From Octopus vulgaris (taxonomy: Eukaryota), in the NCBI GenBank assembly GCA_951406725.2, contig OX597817.1, positions 55,490,001 through 55,554,000 on the forward strand: a stretch of 64,000 bases of DNA, in the 5' to 3' direction. Both the position numbers and the translations under genes were made by a program. The notes under the pieces were generated by a model. That model worked only from the letters and a program-made list of their open reading frames with translations, did not search any database and was not told where the DNA came from. Below are positions 26,326 to 48,640 of this stretch, one piece after another. The stretch's first letter is position 1. Each line of letters opens with the position of its first letter.

Positions 26326-26741
26326 TACTGATGTCGTTTATAGATTAATGTGGTGGTGCTGGTGGTGGTGCTGGTGGTGCTGGTGGCGGCGGCGGCGGCG
26401 GAGGCAGAGGGGAGAGAATATAATATTTAGCAAGTCTGTATAGGTGTGTATTTAGTGGTTGTGTATTTGAAGGTTATGCGTTTGTTCTCCATACACATGT
26501 ATGTATACTTCCACGCTCGCCTACGCCCAAAGTGATACACACATACTCACACATTTCTATGCGTGAGAACATTTATTTTAATTCATAATATTTTAGAGAC
26601 GACACACCCAATATATATAATGTTCAAAAGACATTCTATGTTTATCTGACACGCTTATACTTTGATCTTCAAAGATAATTTGGATTCAGACATGAGTGGG
26701 AGAATGCTGGTCAGATATCAGACAACTTCCATATCTATCTG

Positions 26742-26803
<62 letters not shown>

Positions 26804-26812
26804 AATCAATCA

Positions 26813-26878
<66 letters not shown>

Positions 26879-26897
26879 TTATCTATCTATCTATCTG

Positions 26898-26974
<77 letters not shown>

Positions 26975-27361
26975 GTTTGTCTGTCTGTCTACCAATATGT
27001 CTATGTATCTATCGATTGATCGATCTCTATGCATATTTATGTCTATCTATTTAGTTAGATGTCTGTCTGCCTATTTATTTGCTATTTATGCTTATACTTA
27101 TCTATCTAAGTATCTACCTATCTCGGCCACTCCCTACCTACGTGTCTTCTTGATTAAAACTTGTTTCCATGTGCGACTGCCTATCTAATATACAGACTGA
27201 CGCTAGCCATGGTGGGATGAAACAGCTGGTTATATTAAATTATCGAAAAGTCGAATTCCAATAATAATCTTTACCCTAAGAAAGTATTGGGTTATCTCTT
27301 TCGAATACAACATGGTGCATCCTAATTACTCGTTAACACTTGTGATGTGTTGTTGCTGTGG

Positions 27362-27855
27362 CCCCGCTTCGGACATGAATGACCATGAGATTGCACCTAG
27401 AAAGTTAACCTCCGAGGCACAAGTCTGGGCAAGGTTGTTTATGGAAGGCCAGCAGTCGCCCACGCATACCAGCCTCTCCTCTCCATGCCATCGATGTTAT
27501 CCAAGGGAAAGGCAAAGGCCGATACAGCTTGGCTACCAGTAACGTCGCAGCTCATTTATTAACGTGCAAGTGGTTGAGCACTCCACAGACAAATGTGCCC
27601 TTAACGTAGTTCTCGGAGAGATTCAGCATGACACAAAGTGTGACAAGGCTGGCCATTTTAAATGCAGGTACAACAGAAACAGGAAGAAAGAGCGAGAGAT
27701 AGTTCTGGTGAAAGAGTATAGAAAGGTTCACCACCACCCACTGCCGGAGCTTCGTGGAGTTTTAGATGTTTTTGCTCAAAAAACACTCACAATACCCGGT
27801 CTGGGAATCGAATGCGAGTCCGCTGCCCCAACCACTGGGCCATTTCGCCTCCACC
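27362..27855 (-). mobile_element. SINE family C: a 3' part plus a related variant with tRNA-like head
   Basis: 27362-27554 matches 30358-30552; the minus-strand head at 27855 reads GTGGAGGCGAAATGGCCCAGTGGTT..TTCGATTCCC. Confidence 0.7.
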
Positions 27856-28515
27856 GTTAACACTCTGTATCTAAACATTGCCAAGATAGTTTCTTTTGTG
27901 TGAATGTGGTTACTCGTTAATGCATGTTGAAGTGTGTACAGCGCTGGATTAAACATTAAGCGTAATAAGCAGGTGCTTAGAGAATCAAGTGAAGGAGGGA
28001 CACAGCAGAAATGGTGAAGGGTTGACGGATTCAATTTAAACTCACTCGAATAATATCCTTACATTTCTTGGCCCTCTCTTTCTTTAACTCCACTACATCC
28101 CACTCGTTTATCTACCCTGTACCTTTCTCTTTGTCTCTAATTTTTTTCTCTAATCATTCACTCCCGCTGTCCATTACCCATCTCTCCTCATTCCACGTGA
28201 CCAATGTCCGGCCAGCCATGATCTTTCTTTCTTAGCCTGACTGCCAGCCGTCAAAACCCCTTATGTCCATCTCCTATGTTCCTGCCTTTAGGCTTTCACT
28301 TCATACACGCCAGCTCAATTTGATTCGTTCTCAAATTAAAAACGCCTGTTGTTATCTTCTTTTGTTCGTGTTCGGAATTGTGTACCGTGTGCTCCGTTTT
28401 TTTCTCTTTTCGCATGTCTTTCCAATTGTTGTTTCTCTAGTCCGCCTTTGTATCGTCCATCTGTCCGAAACTTTTAATACCCTCTATCGTATTTTTGGTC
28501 CATATATATATATAT

Positions 28516-28572
<57 letters not shown>

Positions 28573-28751
28573 TCATGCTTATACTCCCAACTAGAATCTA
28601 TAACTGTGTACTCGCTTTTGCACAGAACGAGTTTAAGATATTAGCAATAAGCGATCCATGAGGAATATTGATGAATAGTAAACTAAATAAAATTGAAAAT
28701 GAAAGAAACGAGAAGCTTATATAGCTTCAAAGACCGATATATAGACACACC

Positions 28752-28791
<40 letters not shown>

Positions 28792-28840
28792 TGAATAATG
28801 AGGAGAAAAGAGACAGAAACATATATGCATGATAAATAAG

Positions 28841-28936
<96 letters not shown>

Positions 28937-29527
28937 ACGCATATATATATCTATATATATGCACATATATATGTATACATATATTTGTGTGTGTATGCGC
29001 GTGTGTGTGTGTGCGCATGTATGTAAATAAGCACATATGTATGCGCACAAGCATACACTGATACACAGGCACACACACATACACACATACACACATACAC
29101 ACACACACACACACATATATATATACATATATACCATGAACTAAACTGTATCCAAATATCTAGAGAAGGGTAAAGTGTGTCACATAATAATAATAATAAC
29201 CACAGCATCAACAACAATAATAATAATTCTAATGAATATATTCATACGAATGTATATACACGCATACACATTCGTTCTCGCACGCACCTATATAACACAT
29301 ACACGTACTTTTTCGCATGCACACACACATCCCCACAGACATTCTCTCCCCAGTCCCTCTTACTCCCCCTGTATATACACGTGCTTGTGTGTGTGTATGT
29401 GTATGTTTATGTATAACATATTCATAAATATAACACATACAAATATATACATATATTTATACATATATATATATATATACATTTATATATATGTATATAT
29501 ATGTATATATATGTATATATATATGTG

Positions 29528-29632
<105 letters not shown>

Positions 29633-30231
29633 CAGGGTAGGAAGGGATGTAGGTGAGAGTCAAATATAAGTTATTGATATTAATTTCTCAGAAACCCAAT
29701 ATTTCTTTCGCCATTTTCTCTCGTTTTCTTTCACATTATTTCTGTCTGTCTGATGTTGTTTTTGTTTCAAGTTTTCTTTGTGTTTATTTGTTCTAGACTT
29801 TCCAGTTGTTTCCGGATTTAGCTCAATGTATTTCATTTATAATTTTTATTCATTTTTGTTTTTGTTATATACTTTTATTACATTTTGCTTTATTTTTTTT
29901 GTTATTATTTTCAATTATTAAAATCAACAATAACATCAGAAGGAAGGCAGAAATTTATTTGCAACAATAATAACTTATATCAAAGAAAACCACCATCACA
30001 ACAAACATAATAACAGCATTTTCTGCTGTAACTGTTGTTGCTGATGCTGCTGCTGCTGCTCCTACTACCACTATTGCTTCAACAATTTCGAGCAGCAAGT
30101 CCATCGCCGCCATCTTTCCGAGTACGTTCTCCACAACAAAAGCAACAATAATAACAATAGTCTCAAGAGCAACATCAATCAACAATTTACAAAATAATAA
30201 TAATGATAATAGCAATAATAACAAGTATTAC

Positions 30232-30335
<104 letters not shown>

Positions 30336-30357
30336 TAATAATAATAATAGGAGGAAA

Positions 30358-30692
30358 CCCCCTTCGGTCATGAATGACCATGGGATTGCACCTAGAAAGT
30401 TACCCTCCGAGGCACAAGTCCGGGCAAGTCTGTTTATGGAAGACCAGCAGTTGCCCATGCATACCAGCCTCCCCTCTCCACACAACTGATACTATCCAAG
30501 GGAAAGGCAAACGGGCCGACAGAGCGTGGCACCAGTGACGTCGCAACTCATTTCTACAGCTGAGTGAACTGGAACAACGTGAAATACTATGTCTGGCTCA
30601 AGAATACAACACACAGCCCGGTCCGGGAATCGAACTCACTACCTTATGATTGTGAGCCCGACGCTCTAACCACTGAGCCATGCGTCTTCACA
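30358..30692 (-). mobile_element. Full SINE family C copy (tRNA head, V/CORE-like middle)
   Basis: Minus strand: TGGCTCAGTGG A box, GAGTTCGATTCC B box, ..CCAGTTCACTCAGCTGTAGAAATGAGT; counterpart at 37964-38287. Confidence 0.85.
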
Positions 30693-30724
30693 TAATAATA
30701 ATAATAATATTAATAATAATGATG

Positions 30725-30780
<56 letters not shown>

Positions 30781-31088
30781 TTTTTTCATTCCTTTTTTCT
30801 GTCGTCTTCTTTTTTCTGTTTTTTTTTTCTTTTCGCCTGTTATAAAATTGTAACTTAAAATCTGATGATGTCATTCCATCAACGTATGGACGCTAGTTGC
30901 TCTCGTTCATACTTTACGTTTAAATTTCTATAATTTTGAATTTTTATCACTTCTTATTTTGAACTTGACAAAGACAGACTTACTGTTAAAATATCACTAA
31001 TGAAATATCTTACAATCGAATCGCGCTCTTCGTCTTGACTGTTTACCTTTGGGAAGAGTTACGTCAATCCTTAAAAAAATAAAATAAT

Positions 31089-31126
<38 letters not shown>

Positions 31127-31127
31127 T

Positions 31128-31633
31128 CATAGCCAAGCACGTGACTTAAAGCAAAAGTGATATGAAAGCGAACCAGAGGCTGTGATAGAAAAAGAGAATT
31201 ACAAGATCTTGTAGGACTTTGCCATAAAGACTGACCTTGCTATTAAGGCTAAGAGACCACATATGGTTATAGAAGAATGAAATAAACAGTGAAATATCAT
31301 TGATTTTCCAGTTCCTTATAATATCAGAGTCAATATCAAAGACATCGAGGAAAATAGTGAAATATCAAAATCTAGCCTTGGAACTGGTGAGACTGTGCAA
31401 GACTAAGAGAACAATTATTCCTTGTAATAATTGGTGCTCATAGCACGGCGCTCAAGATGCTACCTAAAATACAGAAAGAAATTGGAATTCAAACTCATAT
31501 TGTCGACCTGCAGAAAAGTGGCATCCTGTATTTTGCAAGAATGCAGAGACAGATTTTTTGATATTTTAAACAAATTTGTTATCACCAAGCCTCCAGAGAA
31601 AATACTCGCAAACTAAATTAGCGCGCACTTAGG
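31128..31633 (+). mobile_element. Old RLE-LINE (R4/Dong-like) 3' fragment within (TAA)n
   Basis: Decayed K*YESEPEAVIEKENYKIL*DFAIKTDLAIKAKRP..IIDFPVP..KYQNLALEL; counterpart at 38772-39272. Confidence 0.8.
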
Positions 31634-31651
31634 TAATAATAATAATATTAA

Positions 31652-31786
<135 letters not shown>

Positions 31787-31836
31787 GCAAAAGTGGCTGC
31801 TTGTTCAGGAGCAGCAGCAGCAGTAGCAGTAGTAGC

Positions 31837-31885
<49 letters not shown>

Positions 31886-31910
31886 AGCAGCAGCAGCCGC
31901 AGCAGCAGTA

Positions 31911-31946
<36 letters not shown>

Positions 31947-32399
31947 AGTAGCAGCAGCAGCAGCGAATGTGAAAAAAACCTAGCGTGTTCAAAAAGGGAA
32001 TGGCATGTTGGATATGTCATATAGTTCTAGATATACAAAACAGAGGAGGGTATTGGCTCTGCTGAAACGTTTTTGTTTTTCCTCTTTATTATTACAAGTC
32101 TTCCGTATTAAGATCGACCTTGATTCAAACATCAATGAAGGTTTTAAGAAAACCAGTATCAACAACTGAGATGATATGGTATCCTCTCTTTGATGTTTTC
32201 CATTTTGTCTTTGTGCGACAGCCAAACTTCCCTTAAGTTATACGCATCAATTTTAGAGAGAGACGGTTGCATTAGACAGCCTGTGTATTGTATACCAGAT
32301 ATTCAAAAACAGCTGAGATAGTCATGTGGGAAAGTCTTTCCTCAAATTTCCGGTTAGTGTTTGCCCGGTCTAAACAAAGAAAACGATAAAGAATTAATG

Positions 32400-32606
32400 C
32401 AGCAGACTGGCAGAGTGGTTAGCACGCCGGGAAAAATGCTTAGCGGCATTTCGTCTGTCTTCACGTTCTGAGTTCAAATTCCACCAAGATTAACATTGCC
32501 ATTTATTCTTTCAATGTCAATAAAATAAGCACCAGCTGAGTGCTGGGGTTGATATAATCGACCGAAAGCCTCGCCCGAAATTGCTGGACTTGCGCCAAAA
32601 TTTAAA
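32400..32606 (+). mobile_element. SINE family A copy (counterpart ~39947-40155)
   Basis: CTGGCAGAGTGGTTAGCACGCCGG..GAGTTCAAATTCC.. Confidence 0.8.
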
Positions 32607-33491
32607 ACGACAATTAAGCAATGCATCTTCTCTTCTTCTGGTGAGGTGTGTTGTGTGTGATATTTAGCTGTTATTTTTACCATATCGAGTAAATGGTAGA
32701 TGGTCACTCGATGGACCGATAGAACAACCTTTCTTATTGGCTCGCTTTAGGGAACTTACTTTGTTTTATATAGAGCTCTTCTCATTGTCTCCCATAGAAA
32801 GTCATCATAGGGTCGTATAGAAATACTTTCTCTTCGTTGTGAAAGGTCCTTTTGCCGGTACATATGCAGTCGCTTTAATATGATGATGTGTATGGACTGA
32901 TTGTCTCTTTGGGTATGTTCAGGTTTTAGATGCTATGTAAATAGTGTTACTGATGGTATGTTGTGTAGATATGGATGTATATAAATATAACCGACCAGCG
33001 GCTTTTTCGCAGTATGGCAGTTAGAGGATACTGTTTTTATGTGGCTGCATTGTATGATGCTATGGAGAGGTTTTGATTTACTTCAAGCTGGTTTCGTGCC
33101 ATTCTTCTGGGGATAAGACAGTGTGCTTGGGCAATTTTGAGATAGAGTCGCAGTATAAAACACGAGAGTGGTATGTACATGCGGTGGAATAATTGTGTGA
33201 TATTATGCTACAGGGCTGTTGAAATTCTGAGCAGTTAGTAGCGCATAATAATATAGTAGTGTACCAATATTTTGCTGTAGAGATACGATGATATGCCAGT
33301 GTGGTAATACGTTGCAGAGCTAACAGTGCAGTGGCGTACAAGTATGGTGACGTATCGGTGTGTCGGTGTGTTAGTATAAAATGTGACGCTGAAGGGTTGT
33401 ACTGGCGTGGCGGCGTTGCGTGATATTCTGGTGTGTGAATGAGATGGAGTAGAAATACCGAGATGTTGCTGCAAGTGGGGTATAACGTTCG

Positions 33492-34498
33492 TTTCAAATT
33501 TTTACACAAGGCCAGCAATTTCAGGAGAGGGAGTTAGTCGATCACGCAACATTAGTACTCAGCTGGTATCTATTTTATCTACTCGGAAAGGGATGAAAAG
33601 CAAAGTCGACCTCGGTGGCATTTGAACACAAAACATGAGATCGGAAGAAACACCGCTAAGCATTTTGTTTCTGCCAGTTCATCGCATTAGTGCTGTGAAC
33701 CATTGATGTGGCTATAACTGCAATGGTAGCATAAGTAGTATGTTATCCTACTGTTATGACCTAGCAGCGTAGCAGTTGTTGCTGGATGGCTTTGTTATGC
33801 TTTAATAATCCGTTTTATGGAGGCACAAAGACACAAATACAGTGGGAGGAGTGAAGTCGATTAAATACGCAACTGGTACTTAATGCACAAGTCCTGAAAT
33901 TTTGGAGGAGGGGGCAATTCGATTAGATCGATCCCAGTACGCAACTAGTACTTAATTTATCGACCCCGAAAGGATGAAAGGCAAAGTCGATCCCAGAGGA
34001 ATTTGAACTCAGAACGTAACGATGGTTAAATACCACTAAGTATTTCGTCCAGTGTGCTAACGATTCTTAATTTGCTATATGCACAGGGCCTGAAATTTTG
34101 GGGGAGGGGCAATTTGATTAGATCGACCCCAGTACGCAACTGGTACTTAATTTATCGATCCTGAAAGGATGAAAGGGAAAACCGACCTCGGCGAAATTTG
34201 AACTCTAAAATTAAAGACATACGAAATAACGTTAAGCATTTCGCCCGGCGTGCTAACGATTCTGCCAGCCCGCCACCTTAATATTCTTTTCTGCTCTAAT
34301 CGCAAGACCCGAAATTTCTGGTGAGGGGTCCAGTCGATTATATCTACCCCAATACGCAACTGGTACTTAATTTATCGACCCCGAAAGGATGAAAGGCAAA
34401 GTCGATCTTGGCAGAATTTGAACTCAGAACGCAAAGTCAGACGAAATAGTGTTAAGCATTTCGCCCGGCGTGCTCACGATTCTTCCAGTTCGCCGCCT
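33492..34498 (-). mobile_element. Array of ~5 SINE family A units (counterpart ~41040-42047)
   Basis: Repeated ATCGACCCCGAAAGGATGAAAGGCAAAGTCGA..GAATTTGAACTCAGAAC at ~190-220-bp spacing. Confidence 0.85.
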
Positions 34499-35035
34499 TA
34501 GTGTGGTGAAACATCGGTGTGATTATACTGTGGAGGCAGCATAAGTAGTATGGTGGTTTGGTACCATACTGTTGTGTCCTAGCAGCGTGGAAATGGTTCT
34601 TGTATGGCTTTGTTGTGCTTTAATAATGTGCTTGCTTGTGCGGTAGCCGAACGGTGTGTTGGCGTGGGCGTGAGGTAATGTGGTTTCGTCCATCTTTCAT
34701 GCTGTAGGAACGTGGTGGTGTGTGTGTGCGGTGATGGTAGCGGTAAGATGGTGTGTATATGCGGTGGTAGTGTCGGTGAAGCGGTGTGTTTATGTATCGG
34801 TAGTGATAGTGAGATGGTGTTTGTATGTGATGGTGAAACATGTGTGTGTGTTCGGCGGTAGTTATGGCGAGTTGGTGTGCGTTGCAGCAGGCGGTGGCAG
34901 CGTCGGGTGGAGTCTTCTGAAGAACTTCTGAAAACCAGAATCACCGTATCAGAAATTGCAATCATTTTGAGAGAAGCAAGAAGTGGAATAAACAGACAGA
35001 CAAGAAAATTTATCAGAATTCCACAAAAGTGACCT

Positions 35036-35135
35036 NNNNNNNNNNNNNNNNNNNNNNNNNNNNNNNNNNNNNNNNNNNNNNNNNNNNNNNNNNNNNNNNN
35101 NNNNNNNNNNNNNNNNNNNNNNNNNNNNNNNNNNN
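35036..35135. other. Assembly gap (100 N)
   Basis: Direct reading; a round 100 N is typical of a gap of unknown size. Confidence 0.99.
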
Positions 35136-42583
<7,448 letters not shown>

Positions 42584-43607
42584 TCACCTTGACAAACATT
42601 CGTCTTGTGAGTTGAGGGACCAGACCTGTGTCGAAACTTCCATTGATCTCTCGTTTGTTCCAGAAGGTCAATATCTGAAGCTGGGTCAGAGGTCATATCG
42701 ATTATTGGATTTAACTGGCTTCCGTTACTTCATTAATACTTGATTATCGAATTTTGAAGTATGAGCAACAAGGAAGAGTGATGAGGAGGGAAGAGGTTTT
42801 TGGGATTGAATTGGTTTGATTAGAGGGAGTGTTAAGGTGGGGGAAGTAATGGTAGTGATGGTAGCGGTGGTGGTGCTAGTGGCAAGGGGTAACGGACAAT
42901 GGCGGGGTGATAGGGGCTGTTAGAGATGGAGATTGAATGGGTCAGATTATGAAACATGAAAGTAAGTCATGTGGGACAAGATCTAAGTGTGTACACGCAT
43001 GGTTGTGGCACACTATGTCCGTGTATGCGTTTAAATCTCTGTGTAAATGTATGGAAGCGCGTGCCTGTGTGCGTATGTGTGCGTAGGTGCTTGCGACACT
43101 AACATGTAAGTTTAAATGATTGTATGTATGGAAGGGAAACCGTTGCTACTTATAAATAGGAACATTATGCATTCATTTTGTTATTTGAAATGTTTTTTAG
43201 TTATTCGTAAAATTATGTGTTTGTGAGCTCATATACCACATATGCACGTGCGTAAGTGTAGACATATTTTCTGGTGTGTATATTGTGCTTATGGGCTGAT
43301 GTAAATTTGCAAACACATACACTCATATACTTGGCTTCATATATAAATACATACACATGCATGCATGCACATGTATATAGTATGTGTATATACATACATA
43401 TATATATATATATACACATACATATATATATACATATATATATATATATACATACACACATACATATATATACATACACACATATATATATACATATATA
43501 TATATACACACACACACACATATATATATATGCACACAAATATTACATATATATATACAAACATGCACACATTTATATACATATGTATATGCATGTATAT
43601 ATATATA

Positions 43608-43654
<47 letters not shown>

Positions 43655-43657
<3 letters not shown>

Positions 43658-44330
43658 GCGATTACTTCCACTTTGCAGGTGATTGCCGTCTCCCCATGAA
43701 TCTCCATCAGCCATCATCAGCTCCAAACGTCCGTCCATGACCCCTTACGTGGTTTTTAAGTCAAGCATTAGATTTGCAACGGTCTGCAGCAAACGTGACA
43801 GACAAAAGATGTGCCCTGTATTGGATTTATTGGATCAGTTTGTGGGATGTCATCCTTATGTACCCTCATATGCCTTTTAAGACCAGGTATTGATTTGCAA
43901 ATCTTTTTGCACACCTCTCAAGTTATCTCACCTAGCATTGGATGAATAGAGCTGCAAACAACTGGCTTTTTTATGTGATTTTAAATGAGTGATGTACCCA
44001 GATTTAGAGAGCATTGAACGAACACACACCTCACAAATGCAGCTCACTCTGTTCTTATTGATGCGGGCTTTTCGATACTGGCGTTTAAATTTTTCATAAT
44101 CAAGTTTCTCTTTTTAAACATTCTGCAGCCTTCCTTCGCGTATCTTCTCCATTTAACTCACTTTAAAGCAACCACTTCCCAGTCCTGAGCCTCAAGCTGA
44201 AAATCTTTCAGGTTGTTTTTTATGCAAACTTTATATCTTTTTCTTGGTCTGTGCTAGGGGCATTTCCCAGTGTGCAATTGACTATAAAACAGTTGTTTTG
44301 GGAGTCCTTCCTCATTCATGCGCACAACAT
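43655..44330 (-). mobile_element. RTE-clade LINE 3' end with C-terminal C2H2-like zinc fingers and (CA)n tail; decayed
   Basis: Minus strand: RMNEGRTPK.QLFYSQLHTGKC..KRYKVCIKNNLKDF..CKKICKSIPGLKRHMRVH..CHVCCRP..LKNHVRGH. Confidence 0.8.
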
Positions 44331-44714
44331 ATAGATACATACATATACGCATGCATACATACATACATACATACATGATGGCTGCCCCTTCGTTAACGAG
44401 TAAGGCCATTGCATGAATCTTAAATGTTATTGGTGCTGTGATCGAATGTGACTTTTTAGCCCAGCTAAATACCTACAATGTCTTGGACAGAATTGGCCGC
44501 TAAAACCTTTACCGGCAATAGCCGGCTGGTAGGATTTACTCTTCTGCTGGACTAGGATCTTAAAAAAGGTTAGGTGTATGCTCTGAAGGGTTGCAGTTTT
44601 TATTACTTTGGTTAATCCTTTTTAAAAAATTGTCTGGCAAAAGATTTTTAATTTACATTGCCGTAATGAGACTAACTGTTGAGAAAAGTTAGTCGATTCC
44701 CATATTTGATTCCC

Positions 44715-45050
44715 AACCACATGTTTCTGCGTGGCATCTTGAACAAGTGTCGTCTCCTCAACCTCGGACAGACAAAGCAGTGAGAGGGATGCGAAAAGCT
44801 GAAACATACATGTGTGCATGCGTGTCTCTGTGTCTGTGTTTGTCCCCTATCACCGCTTGACAACCGGTGTTAATGTGTTTACGTCCCCGTAACTTAGCAG
44901 TTCAGCAAAAGAAGCCAACAGAATATGTACCGGCTTTAAGAAAAAAAGAATATGTACCGGGGTCAATTATTTTGACAAAGAATTCTTCAAAGCAGTGCTC
45001 CAGCGTGGCCGCAGTATGATGACTGAATCAAGTAAAGACAAACGCTAAAA
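44715..45050 (+). mobile_element. SINE family B (partial head plus 3' domain)
   Basis: CCACATG..GTGGCATCTTGAACAAGTGTC..GCTTGACAACCGGTG..GTGCTCCAGCGTGGCCGCAGT. Confidence 0.7.
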
Positions 45051-45204
45051 GATGGAAGTATAAAAGCAACAGATTTCGTCCCGTGTATGATTTGTGTCTT
45101 ATATTTTTAACATCTTCCACACGGAAATAAAAGCGCGCCCTTAAAATGTTGTATTAGCCCTTAAAATTCATGCGGCATCGTCAGAATATCAATATATATA
45201 TTCT

Positions 45205-45550
45205 CTATATTCATCTGTCTTTACATTCAAATTCCACCGAAGTTGACATTGCCTTTCATCGTTTCGGGTTCGATAAATTAAGTACCAGTTGCGTGATGTG
45301 GTCGATATAAACGACTGGCCCCTCCCCACCAAATTTCCAGCCTTGAGCCTAAGCAGAAAGAAAGTATATTCTGTATATTCGTCTGTCTTCTTGTTCTGAG
45401 TCCAAATTCCGCCGAGTTCAACTTTGTATTTCATCCTTTCGGGGTAGATAAATTAAGTACTAGTTGCGTACTGGAGTCGATCTAATCGATTTTCCTCCCC
45501 ACCTCCCTCCCAAAAAAATTTCAGACCTTGTGCCTAGAGTAGAAAAGAAT
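45205..45550 (+). mobile_element. Two headless SINE family A bodies in tandem
   Basis: Core motif twice, with tails CCTTGAGCCTAAG and CCTTGTGCCTAGAGTAGAAAAG. Confidence 0.75.
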
Positions 45551-45566
45551 ATATATATATATTCTA

Positions 45567-46797
45567 TTGGGTTGGCATCTAAGTTCCCGCCGTTTTTTAA
45601 ACATTGGAATTTATTGCGTTTGTAAATTTTGGAATCTATTTTTTACGGGAATTCTATTTTTGAATCATTTTGGAATCAATTTTTTATTTTTCTAGTTAAT
45701 TTTACCTTGTTTCTTTTCTGATCATTAAAATGGAATGTCAAGTTAAGAAAAACGAGCATTTTCGACACCTTTTTGCTTTTATTCAAGATTCTAAGTACGC
45801 AAAAGCTGCTCGCGACATTTGTGCTGTGTATGGACATTTGTGCCATAGCTGAAAGAACTGCGCGTGATTGGTATGCCAAGCTCAAATAGAAATTTTGAAC
45901 TCAAAGACGCATCTCGTTCTGGCCGTCCAGTTGAGTTCGATGAAGAGCGATTAAACCAACTTTTGCACGTAAATTCTCGTTAAACGACAAATAGAGAAGC
46001 ATCTTCATTCGATGGGAATGGTTCTGAAGTATGGATCATGGCCTCCGCATGCTTTAAGGGACAACAACAAAAATCAACGAGCCACAATCTCCGCTGGTTT
46101 GCTTGCTCGTCACCGCTGAACTCATGGACACAAGCAACGATTTCTTTACCGAATCGTTACTGGCGACGAGAAATGGTGCCTGCACATCAATATGAAGCAG
46201 CGTAAGGAATGGCTTAGCCCCGGTAAACAAGCGACACGGCGCGTGAAACAAGATCTTCATCCGCGTAAATCGATGTTGTGTGTATGGTGGTACTGGGAAG
46301 GGATTATCCATTATGAAATGCTTAAACGGAACCAAAAGTTCAACGCGGAACTCTATGTTCAACTAATGGAACTACTCAACACGGCTATTCAAGTGAAAAG
46401 ACCTCATCGGCAGCATGGAGTTCTTCTGCTGCACGACAATGCTCACCCTCATATCGCCAATATGACTAAAGGAAGCCATTGAAACGCATGGCTGGGAAGT
46501 GCTGCCACACCCACCATAATCTCCTGATTTGGCACCAACGGATTTCCACCTCTTTCGATCTCTTTCAAATGCTATGCGCGGAGTTTCGTTCAATGCTGAT
46601 GCAGAATTGAGAGCTTGGTTGGATCAATTTTTCGAGTTGAAATCGAGTGATTTCTACCAACGAGGTATTGAAAATCTTGTTGGGAAGAAGTTGTAAACAA
46701 CAAGGGTTAATACATCATTGATTAATTAATTATTTTTTATTAAACCTTTAAAAAAATTTAAATTTAAAAAGCGGTGGAAGCATAGTTTCCAACCTAA
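45567..46797 (+). mobile_element. Decayed mariner (mellifera-like), TA-flanked; transposase relic ~45730-46725
   Basis: TIRs TTGGGTTGGCATCTAAG / TAGTTTCCAACCTAA; EHFRH, RSGRPVEFD, VTGDEKW, LHDNA, LPHPP*SPDLAPTD motifs with many stops and indels. Confidence 0.9.
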
Positions 46798-47609
46798 TAT
46801 TTTCTAGCGAGAAGTAGCAGCCAAATCTCTCTCATAGCAGACTTCATCATTGATATATACACAGGAAGTAACGCTACATAATGAAACTTTAGAAGTAGTA
46901 TGGGAGTAAAGAGGAGGTTGTCAATTGACATCCGTGTTATAGCAAATCTGCTGTATTAGGGCCGGCCTGTATTAGAGCCGACCACCACCAACAACAACAA
47001 CAACGACAACAACAACAGCAAGACAGCAATGACAACAGCAACATTACAGATAAATGTTCAATGGCATCTCTGTGTTTACATTTAGATTATAGTTTCGGGT
47101 TTAAGATCGATTTAGACTTACGGTCGAAAAGTGGTAGACAGTGAGTCATTCATAATTACACGAAAAGGAATGTATTGCATATGTAATTAATAAATTGAAG
47201 AAAAATAAAATGGGCGAAAAAAATAATAAACAATCGGAGAATCAAATCAAATCAAAGCGTAGCAATTCAGGACAAACTTACACAACACAAAAACAACATA
47301 CGAACGGCGACGTCCTATGCATCGAGGATTAGTGAGCTAGAACAAATTGAGGCGAAGGGTTAAGTAAATTATAACACAATAACATTCATACACACCTTTT
47401 TAATTATCGTTTTAATTTCTTGTTTCTTGTTAGTTTTTCACGATTTCGTGTTCTTTATTGAAATTCTTATTTCGATGTTTTAAGCAATGCAGCACTTAAT
47501 TTACACACGCGCACATGCGCGATGTCTGAGACGCGCGCACACACACAAAGACAAACGCAGGCACGCATGCGCACATGCATGTACATACATATATATGTAT
47601 GTATGTATG

Positions 47610-47645
<36 letters not shown>

Positions 47646-47969
47646 ATACATGTATATATGTACATACATACGTATACAAATTTTTATGTGTGTATGTCAT
47701 ATATATGTACATATACAGGAAAATACACATATATTTATAAGTATATGCATGTATATATGTATATACATACGTATACAAATATATTATATATATGTGTGTG
47801 TATATATATATATATGTACATATACAGGATATATATACATATATATTATATAGTATATATGTATATATATATATACATATATATATATACGCAAATATAT
47901 ATATATATCTTTGTATAAATATGTATATATATATACGGAAATATATATATATATATATATCTTTATATA

Positions 47970-48005
<36 letters not shown>

Positions 48006-48575
48006 TGTATGAATGTATGTATATATATATATATATGTATATATGTGTGTATGTATGTAAGTATGTAAGTATGTATGTATGTATGCATGTATGTATGTAT
48101 GTATGCTTGTATGTATATATATATGGTGTCTTGTTTGTGTTTATTTGACGGCTCCTTTTTATTCGATTTTCAATTTTCTTTTGTCGAAGCTTCACAATCG
48201 TGTATCCATTAAACCATTGTACGAACACAAATTAAATTATAGAAGATACACCTCATTCTTGACTTCTTCTTTTCTTCTCACCTTTCAGTCATTCATTCTT
48301 TGCTTTCTTCTTTAATTCCTTCTTTTTAACTTTTTTTTATGTCTATCATACTTCTTAGACTTTATTACATTTCCTTGACTGGTGACGTTCTTCATCTTTC
48401 TTCCTCATTCAATACTGCTCTCATTCATTCATTCATTCATGCATTCTTCTCTTACGTTTCCTTCTTCTTGTTCGTCTTCTTTTCGTCTATTTCTTCGCCT
48501 ACTTCTTAATCCTCCTCCTCGTTTTATTTTCTTCTTCTTCTTCTTCTTTTCCCCCTCCTTCTTCTTCTTCTTCTT

Positions 48576-48640
<65 letters not shown>

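Noticed and set aside
27860-28500. Pyrimidine-rich segment resembling a Penelope 3' region
   Set aside because: No GIY-YIG residues or ribozyme core recognisable, so it cannot be assigned
30610-30692. tRNA-like sequences with A/B boxes (also 21195-21260)
   Set aside because: No acceptor stem; they continue into SINE bodies or TAA tails, so they are SINE heads
42608-42626. Minus-strand TCTGGTCCCTCAAC resembles miR-133
   Set aside because: Seed is incomplete, the 3' half differs and no pre-miRNA hairpin is evident
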